The notes beneath the pieces are model-generated. The model made no database searches. It was not told the DNA's origin and was given only the letters and a program-made list of their open reading frames with translations. The translations under genes were made by a program, and so were the position numbers. Positions 54,868-64,000 of a stretch of 64,000 bases of DNA are shown piece after piece. The DNA comes from Carcharhinus amblyrhynchos (lineage: Eukaryota), in the NCBI GenBank assembly GCA_965287045.1, contig OZ336878.1, forward strand, positions 104,966,001-105,030,000, given 5' to 3'. The number at the start of each line of letters is the position of its first letter. Within the stretch, counting starts at the first letter, position 1.

Positions 54868-57800
54868 AAAAATGGTGATATCCGTCGTGCCAAAGTGGAA
54901 TTAATGTGAATTTGTGATTTCCAACTGAAAGAATGTTATTTATTTTCTGGCCTTCTTCCTTTTCTTGGTTTATAGTATTAACATTAAACTAGAGTCCTTC
55001 CTTTGTCTTAAAAAAAATCAGCTTGAATATAAAGCACGCTTTATATTGATCCACGAGACGTAGAGTTTGCTACTTCAAGCAGAAATCAGCACTCATTAGA
55101 AGGCGGACATGCCGTGTCGGAAAACCCACGGTTGTTGTTTTTATGCGTGTTCTTTGATTCTGGCACAGGAAAACTGACGCCTCCGCAATATATTTAACGT
55201 CGCTTGGTTTCGGCGTAGTGTATGGCCGGGACAGGACCCGTGAAAGGTGTCGAGAAATTCAGTTTCTACAGGTCAGTATTCATGTGTTTGTAAATTTCGA
55301 CTGGAATTGTCTCGATGAATTCCAGCAGACGAATCTTGTGCACAATGAGGCACCGGATTAAGTTTGGCATGTGTCCTTGGGGGGAAGGTGAGCCATTTCA
55401 CGGTTGTTGCCTGACGGCGTGCTGATGAACATCAAGCAATCTGCATTGCATTGGATGACGTTATGGTTATTCAGTGTGTTTGGAGCTGTATCTGTCAGGG
55501 CAGGTCGAGGCATTTCAAGCTTACCCCTGAAATGCACATTGCAGTTGGACGACTGCATTTTGCGGACTTTCGGATTGAGCAAGAAATGATCAACTCGTCA
55601 TACCCTTCCAAGACTCTAATCTGCTACTTTAGCCACAGTACGTATATAAAAGGCACTGCACAGCTTCTGGTCAAGGGCGACAGCAAACATTTTTGTAACT
55701 TGGAATTCAGTCATTTAATCTCAATTTATGACAGTTATGTGGTTATGTATATTCATTCTTGGAGCAGTGTGCGGCATCAAAATTCTGTGGCCGAAATGCT
55801 TCTTGCCAATTGTCAAGTCAAACAGGGAAAATGAAGAGAACATGCATTTCGATGGAGAAGCTTGAAAATCTTGTTAATCGCAGAAAAGAAAACACCAATT
55901 TAGTAGAGTGTGTGACCACTCGGTTATTGAGTAATGTATATTCCTATTGTTAAGAGAAATGATCGAGCATAACTATGTGATGATTACAGTCAAGTAAGTC
56001 AAGCATTTGAAAATTGAACAGATCGACCAATTACACGCTGTTACTGGGGACATCATTCATCAAGGAAATGGAAGCAAGTACCCAGAACAATTGAAGTGAA
56101 AGAACTAAATATGTAATTTTACGAGAGGAGATATGACTAAGAACAGGTACTCATCTTGGTGATGACATAGTTTAGTAAATCCTCCGAATTATTAAGAGTG
56201 ACATTGAGGAAAGAGTGGATTATTCGAAGAAGCTGACTTCTAGCAGTGTTACCTGATCTTATGTCCATCATGTTTCGTTCTGTTCAAGTGGAGAAAACAA
56301 TCTATTTAATCGATCGAAATGTCGTTGCTCTCCAAAGAACTGATGAGATTTCAAATGACGTGTCATTAAAATTCATCAGTAACTCGTTTTCTTTTCAGGA
56401 AGTCAATTTCCTGCTCAAAGTTCCATCAATTCTCCTCTTAATTATAAACTACTTTATCTACAGTGTTTTGCTCTCAGTTTTAACGAAGGACAATTGACGT
56501 GACGAGACGCTGACCGGAATTAATGATTTCCAATTGAAAAAAAGGTTATTTATTTCCTTGACCTCCTCGATTGTTCCCGATAGTACCCATAATGCCAAAT
56601 TAGAGATTGTTCTTTGCGTGAAAAATAACATTTTTCGTTCTTTATAACCATTCATGAAAAATAGTGGAATCCGCCAAGACCAGAAATTAATGCTCATCAG
56701 CAGGCGGAAGTGATCTGCATCCATGAAGCCCTGCAGATCATGGAGTGTACGTAGGCACGCTGGGCTAATGGTTAGCATGTACTATCGTGTTGTTCCAACA
56801 AAATTGATGGCACAGCAATGCATTTTAGTGGCGGGCGTTGTCTACGGCTGGAATGGCGGGAACTTGTAGGTTGTCGAGGACTTACGTTTCCACACATCAG
56901 CAGTCATGGTTTTGCAATTTGCTATTCAAGATGATTTGATGAATTGAAACAGCATGACTTTGTGAACGTAGATGCAACTGTGTGTGTGGCTTGTGTGGTT
57001 AAGGGCCCGTGCGGGCTCTTTCTGTATTGGCAGAGTGCGGCTGAGCATTGACCTGTTTGCTTTCTATCGGATGGCGTTGAAGATCTTGAGTGTTGTGGAA
57101 GCCAGGTCCGTCATGGCAGGTCGCGGCTAATCAATCATAGCTGCCATTGGTAGGCTGTAGATTTTGGACGGGATTTTGGGGAGGAGTCGGATGGGGTGAG
57201 GTTGATGAGCTCGTTACACGCTTCGTAGCCTCTAATCTGATGTTCTTGGCAGGGGATTCATGTTGATGGCTCTGTTCAGATGCTAGTAAAGATCGACCCA
57301 AGAACATTGATAATGGTGGATTTAGGATGAAGTTCATATTTTTCCTGCTCTTTGAGCAATTTGTTGTCTCATAATTCTCTCACCCGAATGTGGCATGCTA
57401 CTTGTCAGGCTTAACCCGAAAAATGAGGTGAACTTGCGTTTCGGTTGAGCAGCTTGAAAATGTAATAATCTGAGACAAGTGCAATAACTAGAATGTGTCA
57501 ACACCCTCTAATTGCATACTGCAAAATCGTTGAATTCGTGATAAATGTCGAGCATCGTTGTGTGATAATTACAATCATCTGAAGCAAACATTGGTTGAAC
57601 AGATGGAGCAGCGACATTCAATGACTGAGGACGAAATTCTGCAGAAAAATGGAAGCACGTGACAAGAATAATTGAAGTCAATAACACTGAACAAGAAATT
57701 GTAAGAGGCGAGATAATGCCAGAGTGCAATTGATGTTATGTTTACTATTCCCTTAGTTACACAACCACTCCAAAATATTGAGTGCCCTTGAGGCACATTT

Positions 57801-59954
57801 AGATAGTTGGACGAAGAAAACTACGAAAAAAAAACCTCTTCTCGATACGTTACCTGATCCTCTATCCATGTTGTCTCGATCTGCTCAATTGGTGAAGGAA
57901 AGCAATTTAATCGATCTCAAGAACAAAGCCTCCCACAGAACTGATCAGATTTCAGATGAGGTTTCATTGAACTTCATCAGTAATCCGCTTTATATTCAGA
58001 TAGCCACTTCTATTCTCAAGCATGATTCGCTTTTCCAATTCATTTCAAATTATTTTATATGCAGTACTTTGATTTCATTGCTTGCCAAAATGCAATTGAT
58101 GTGATGAGAAGCTAATGGAAGTTTATGATTTCAATTTGAAAGAACTCTATTATTTTGGCCTACTTCCGTTTTGGCGTTTAATGGCGTTTTCACTAAATTA
58201 GGAATCCTTCTTTTCTAACAACAACAAAAAACACTAGATTGTACAATTTTGGTAATTATCCACGAGAAGCAGTCGTTGACAGCTAGAACAGATAATGTTC
58301 ATCAGACGTAGAGGTGATCTGCATCTAAGAAAATGCTGCGTCCATGCAATGCCTGCACATTCCAATTGCTGCCTGCGTCTGTGCTTTTCGTTTTGGCACA
58401 ACAAACTTAATGGCACGGTAACATATGTTAAGATCGCTTGTTTTCGGCGTGCAGTGTGGAGAGGGAGACTTCAAGGATTTCGAGGAATTCAGTTTCTACC
58501 TGCCAGCTTTCTTGTGTTTGTTAATTTCTATTAAAGTTGTTTCGATGACTTTCAGCAGACAGATCGTGTGCACGATGGTACAACTGTATGAGTTTCGCTT
58601 GTGTGGTTGGCGGGGAAGGAGAGGCATTTCACGGTTGTTGACTGACGGAGTTCGGATGAACATCAAGCCATCTGCATTCCGTTGGTTGGTGTTGTAATTG
58701 TTCAGTGCGTTGGAGCTATTTCTATTATGGTAATTCTAAGATATTCAAGTTTACTCGTGAATTGCACATTATTGACGGTAAACATCATTTGGGAGAGTTG
58801 CAGGATGGAACACGAAAAAATTATTAACTCGTTACCCGATTGCTAGACTTTAGTCCGTTATTTTTTGACCACAGTACTTATAAAGCAGGCATCCTTCAGT
58901 TTCCAGTCAACGGTGGATTCACCGACTGTATTGCCATTTAATTTCAATGGAAAACTGTTATGTAATTGTCTTCTTGGATTAGTTCGCTGCATCACAATTG
59001 TGTGGCCTGAACGCTACTTGCCAATTGTCAGTTCAAATGAGGAAAATCAGGAGAATATTACTTTCCGTGGATAAGATTGAACATATTGTTCATTGTCGAT
59101 CAATAAAGTCGCTCATTGAATAATGCAACTGTCTATTATTAGCAAAATTGGTCGAGAATAACCCTGCAATGTGCACAGTCAAATGAATCGTTTTGCAAGT
59201 TGAACAGGTGTATCAATTCCCCACAATGACTGGAGACTTCCATTTTCCAATCTAATGGAAGCAAGCGCCAAAAGCAATTCAACTTAGAACAACAACATAA
59301 GACATTTGATGAAACGAGATGTGACCAGGGTGCAATAGGTATTCGTTTTGCTGACGACTTAGTGAAACAAACACTCAAAAATATTAAGAGTGCTATTGAG
59401 GCGTTCTTAGATTAATCGATGAAGAGAGGTACGGAAATTTGATTTCTGGATATGTTACCTGATATTATGTCCACCCTGTCTCGACCTGCTCAAATTGATA
59501 AATAAATCTATTTAATCGAATCAATGCTCGAAGCTATCAAAAAAACGGATAAGATTTCAAATGAAGTTTCATTAATCTTCATCAGTCCCTAGCTTACTTT
59601 TCAGGAGCCAAATTCCTGCTCAAAATTCAATCAATTCTTCTCTACGTATAATATTCCATTATCTTCAGTATTTTTCTTCCGGTCTTGCTGAAATGAATTT
59701 GATGAGATGGGAAGCTAATGAGAATTAATGATTACCAATTGAAAGAACGCTATTTATTTACTGCACCTCCTCTATTTTGTCGGATGGTAGCCGTAACACT
59801 AAATCATAAATTCCCTTTACTTTAAAAAAAACGCATGTTCGTTATTTTTATTCATTAATATAAAATAGTTTTAACCAGCTAGAACTGAAAACAAAGCTCA
59901 TCAGATGGCCGAGATGATCTGCATCCACGAAGGCCTGATAACCACGCATGAACG

Positions 59955-60614
59955 TGTTAGGGCGAGTGCGCGAAACGACCACTCCAGACTCAGGGTGAAG
60001 TTCAATACCGGCACAGCTTTATTTTCTTTTACGTCGACGGAGAAGCGCAGTCAGGACATAAAATCGGACTGTCCTGAAAGCGCTCTAACGGTCCCTCGCA
60101 GCGGGCTATAGTTATACCAGAACTTCGGTGTAATATGCCATTCAAATGCTAATACTTTATTTACAGTACTCGACCTTAGGCATCCTGTCTTGATGTTTTC
60201 AAGTGTAGGGGAAATTGTTTTAAGTGTGTGTTAATCGTTTTGTCTGATTGGTTGTTAATGGTCGAGAACCTCTGAGGTTTGAACCATAGGTGTCTCATTG
60301 ATCTCAAAAGAGATTTGAGAGGCCAGGGGCGTTTCTCTAGCTATGCTAATTTGAGGTGTCTCCATGGGTTGTTTGACAGTTTTAGAAGTGCTGATTTTGA
60401 TGGGGTGGGGATTTTTTTTTTAATTTAGTTCCTGAAGGTGCCATCCTGTCCAGCTTCCCTTGTGTGCTAGCCCTCATTTGCATTCTAAAAGCATGCTCTT
60501 GCCTGCTACTCTGTGTCTGTTACTTTGTGATTTTTAGTGGCGGGGCACTGAACGTATCTTTAGTCTGCTTCCATATTGTGTGCCCAATTTTATACAATTT
60601 GTTGTCCGATAAAA
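59955..60614 (-). mobile_element. 3' LTR of an endogenous retrovirus-like element
   Basis: Homologous to the solo LTR, ends in CA on -, and is preceded on - by the polypurine tract AGGGGGGAA (~60616-60624). Confidence 0.92.
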
Positions 60615-60743
60615 GTTCCCCCCTGTCGGACGGGACCGGACTTTTTCCACCTCCTTCAGACCAATTTTCATAACAAATTTTATGTCCGGTGCTCCCTGCA
60701 TTTGCACGCTGCAGTCGTACAGTCTAGGGGAGCCCCGGGTTTG

Positions 60744-62915
60744 TCAAATTAGGTGTATGCGGGAGAAGTCTTCCCGATTTGTTAATTGTCCCATATTGCC
60801 AATCATTCTGCTTAGTTCCCTCCTAGGTTTAGTTTTCTTGCGCTGGCGGCATGTATAGCACATTATGACACCCCCGGATATTGCCAGTATGAGTTGGATG
60901 GCAACCAGTAGGTGCGAGATTATCCGGATCCAAGGGTCAATGTCTACATTTAGACTCCAGTCCCACACCCTCTGGACCCATGTCTGGCTCTGTAAGGCTG
61001 ACTCTGTGTCATGCTCGAGGGTCTTGATATGTGATTGTAACTGGTGGTATAATCGAACAGAGTGTCCCACCTTGAGACGGAGCCCTTTCAGTACTTCTGC
61101 TAAGTGTGGGATCGGAGCCTGTTCTGGCCCTCGGTAATATTTAAGGTTATCTCTCAGTGGGTCCGTTGCATTAAGTGTTAGGGTCTGTCTACTTCGAATG
61201 TTCGTGATGTGGACATGGCCAATAGTGACCGTTCTGCGAGGGATGAAGCAGAAGTTTGGGCTGGGGATCGGGCAAGTCAGCCCGTTGTATACGAAAGATG
61301 TTTCTGTTGTGGCTAGTCAATACCTGCCTCGTCCTCCATACCCTGCCCGGACAGAGTGTGGATCTGTGGGTGTAATTTCTAGGGTACAGCCCTGCGTTTT
61401 ATTAAACCCGCATTCAGCTGTCTGTCCTTGTCTCAGTGGGTGAGGGAAAATGGTTATCTCTCCCCTTTGTTTGCATCCCGAGAGGGAGGTTCTGAACATC
61501 ACGCCATGCCTTGAGATGGCCGTGACTTCGGTTAGGTGGTAGCGGGGGGAGTTATTGCCTATAACAGCACTGATGTTTTCAATATGGAAGATAGGGAATG
61601 GTCCCGAGTCTGCTGTAATTATCGGAATCAATAGGACCATCCCTACTCCCGTACTCTCGCGAACCTAGCAGTCGGGGATCACTGGATATACCCGAGTCAT
61701 TCCTTTCAACGTTTGGTTATACAGCGCCTCCTTCTGATCTGCGAGTTGCGCTAGCCGGGTGCTGTCAATCCAATCGGGGACCCCACCCCCCTCCCCACGC
61801 CCTGTGTACCTGGTCAAAATTATGTCTTAATTGGCCTATCATCCACTGACCGTACACATGGTACAGCTGTCCCTGTTGTACACGGACAGTTGTCTCTCTC
61901 CCGATCTATGAGGCGGTTAATAGTACGGGCGTGTGTTTCTAATATTGTGACTCCATCTAGTTGAGTATGGGCACCCCTCTCCCCTAAAAGAGCCTGTTCG
62001 GCTTGTTGGGCTAGTGACCGTTGCAAGACATCTTTCATCACTCCCCTTAACTGTTCTTTCTTATTATTGAGGCCCTGCATGTCAATTGAGTTAACCACGC
62101 TGGATCAGGTGTTTATTCCTGTGAGGATGTGATTGACTATGCCATATTTCCTTCTGCGTGTGCGTTGTCTCTGTAGGGTGCTGCTTCCATCGCATCGATA
62201 GCCCGCTTTATAGTTTCTCGGCCCAGCGTTCAGTACGTGCCTCGTGTCTGTTCTGAACAGTATCCCGGCACCTGGATCCCCGAGATATTGATCAGAACAG
62301 GCACGATTTCGTGTTTCACGTTGTCATATACAAATTTTCCCTCGTTCCACAGTCCTCCCCCCGCCCCCCCCCCCCCCCCCCCACCACCACCACCCCCCCC
62401 CCCCCCACCCCCCGCTCAACAAGCGGCAGGGTAAGACTTCGACTGTCGTGGTCGTGGGGGCACGCGTCCATAGTGCCCACAAATATCAGTGTCCGATTTC
62501 AAAAAGTCTTTTTGTGGCGGTGCTCGCGGGCCTTCGGGAAGGGCGCAAATAGTTCCGATGGTGTAGCCAGAGTCGATCAGCGAGTCTGGCCGTTGGATAC
62601 ACGCTCGGATCTTACCCATTGTGCAAGTGAAGCAGATCACATCGATACCCGGGTGGACTTGTAGCCATGAATTGGAATACATTCTGTTGTTCTCGGGGAA
62701 CGGTGCAGCCGGTGCGCACAACGCCTCGGACGTATTGAATATTATTCCATGGGATTGTTGATAGGTAGTATGCCCCTGGAAGGCGACCCTTGACAAGAAG
62801 ATCATGGATAGGGCCTACCTCAATGTGGTTAGCATTATCCCGGAGAGGGGTAGGAAGGGTACACGAAGCCTGGTGGCCGCCAGGTATTAAAATCTTAGTA
62901 TTAACTAATTTCTAT
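60744..62915 (-). pseudogene. env: Disrupted envelope gene with F-type class I fusion protein organisation
   Basis: F2-like VYDNVKHEIVPVLINIS..PGYC; basic cleavage site RQRTRRRK then GIVNHILTG; heptad region; Cys-rich segment (SLSGCKQRG..ECGFNKTQGCTLE..CPIPSPNFCFIP); Trp-rich membrane-proximal region; TM (IISHLLVAIQLILAISGGVIMCY) and tail. Several stops and frameshifts. Confidence 0.8.
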
Positions 62916-63142
62916 TAAATAACCTACTTAGGCATGCCTCTACATCTATATACACATATACACACATTAGAGCCATGGCCCTCCTCCGTCCTAGAAATGA
63001 AGGTTGTGGATCCGCTGTGTGGATAGAGGTGGTTAGTTATGGGTCGATACTTGGCCCGTTTACGTCGACGGGCTATTCTTGTCCTAACAGTCGGTCTGTC
63101 CTGTACCCCCTCCACCCCCCACCCCGCCCCCGCCCCTGAGTG

Positions 63143-63427
63143 TTATGCCTTTAACTGTGACCAGTGTTTCCAGCGGCCTTTCCCTTTGATGTCAACGCAG
63201 GCACATGTGTCTCTGGTGAGCATAATCTCACGGGGTCCTACCCATTTCGGTGCGAACCCTGTTTGGTCAGGGGCAACTCGGATTAAAACCTTGTCCCCTA
63301 ATTGGGGAAGTGTGGTGGTGTGACAGATGTCATGTTTCTTAACCTGGTCTCTTATAGCTTGTTGATCTCTGGTTGCGTGATGTAGCTCTCTGAGTTGGTG
63401 GTCTAACTGTTGTACATTTCTTTTCAT
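63143..63427 (-). pseudogene. pol: Integrase C-terminal (GPY/F-like) domain of pol
   Basis: PQLGDKVLIR...FAPKWVGP.EI.LT.DT...WKHWSQLK. Confidence 0.85.
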
Positions 63428-63499
63428 TTTATCCTGGGGGTGGCGGGGGGGGCACCGTCGTAATTTTTAAAATCTGATACTTTGGACCAGTTTGATTAC

Positions 63500-64000
63500 T
63501 CCAATGTCTTACCCCAGTTCCCTTATTTGCAAGATGGACAATTGGGTGATGCGTCGAGTGGACGGACAAAGCTATTTACAATCTCGACTGTGATGTCCTG
63601 ATTCTTCCTTAGTGAAGGCAAACTACGCCTACGTGGGCGGGCTTTGACTGCAGGTACATTTTTTGGTAGTGAGCGCCGGGTCAAACGGTTCTGGGAGTCC
63701 CGGTACCAGGAGCCCCATAGGGGGTAAGATTTGCGGGGTTTCCCATCTTTTTCGTCGGCGCCTCCTGACCGTGGTTTTATTCCTGAAGGTCTGTAAATTG
63801 GGCAGGAGACGTAGGTTCATGTGCTGGTTCTGGGGTAAGTGGGTGGGGGTTGTAGCTGCTTGTTTCGCCGGCCCTTCGAAAGGCATGGGTTGGGGTCCAT
63901 CGTCAGGGAATTGCTGAGATATTCGTGTAGGGTAGGAGCGTGGTACCTACAGTTCCTTGCAAAATGGTTGGGTTGCCCGCAGGTATGACACTGTACTTGT
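63500..64000 (-). pseudogene. gag: 3' end of gag with a degenerate CCHC zinc knuckle; continues beyond the window
   Basis: Pro-rich/basic segment, then VCLH*GR/GHHSRDC (63578-63620, one frameshift). Confidence 0.6.

Larger units (their letters stand above)
35631..59485 (-). other. Series of fifteen 27-nt phase-1 micro-exon candidates, one per array unit
   Basis: Coordinates: 35631-35657, 37506-37532, 38470-38496, 39959-39985, 40865-40891, 42514-42540, 44114-44140, 45841-45867, 47526-47552, 51178-51204, 52486-52512, 54104-54130, 56253-56279, 57854-57880, 59459-59485. GT donor in 15/15, CAG acceptor in 14/15, no indels, no phase-1 stop. Confidence 0.65.
34050..59954. repeat. Diverged tandem array of 15 units (typically ~1.6 kb; some shortened or carrying insertions)
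   Basis: Landmarks recur in fixed order: aattgaacagat, aattgaagtcaat, ttacctgatctt..tctcgatctgctcaaat, tttcaaatgac, ccaattgaaagaa, tgcatccatgaa. Exon-to-exon spacings include 1649, 1600, 1727, 1685, 1618, 1601 and 1605 nt. Confidence 0.93.

Noticed and set aside
37490-59700. Recurrent + strand ORFs in the array (MLPDLLSILSRSAQMEK...) and a conserved tttcttttcag acceptor-like motif
   Set aside because: Stops fall at different positions among copies and no matching donor follows. These ORFs are the antisense of the micro-exon region. The + strand acceptor-like motif remains unexplained but has no exon structure.
34050-59954. Array as tandem LRR/TLR pseudogenes or a CRISPR-like array
   Set aside because: The protein-like part is explained by a LINE ORF2 fragment. 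Units are kilobase-sized and homologous throughout, with no unique spacers; the DNA is eukaryotic.
62237-62664. Poly-proline ORFs on the + strand
   Set aside because: They arise from a poly-C tract (62356-62413) antisense to env, a homopolymer expansion or sequencing artefact.
62640-62910. dUTPase-like look of KILIPGGHQASC...GPIHDLLVKG in the provirus
   Set aside because: The conserved dUTPase motifs (RSG, GVID.DY.G) are absent; better explained as the env N-terminal region.

Overview
Vertebrate genomic DNA, very probably a cartilaginous fish (shark). This is inferred from HE1/V-type SINEs, CR1 LINEs and Penelope-type palindromes. No intact long CDS is present. The first ~30 kb is a repeat-riddled cluster of decayed innate-immune genes: a very-large-GTPase (GVIN1/URGCP-like) C-terminus on +, a NACHT-LRR (NLR) pseudogene on +, a second GVIN-like GTPase on -, and a 270-nt death-domain-like exon on -. 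From ~34.0 to 59.95 kb there is a diverged tandem array of 15 units, mostly ~1.6 kb and mostly alternating A/B. Each unit carries an exactly 27-nt AG..GT-bounded, phase-1, stop-free micro-exon candidate on the - strand (consensus D-R-D-K-M-D-R/I-R-S). The window ends in an internally deleted LTR retro-element on - whose envelope looks like a paramyxo/pneumovirus F-type fusogen rather than a classical retroviral Env. A solo LTR of the same family with a 4-bp TSD lies at 22.6-23.3 kb. All protein-family calls come from manual translation and motif recall, not database searches, and repeat boundaries are approximate.
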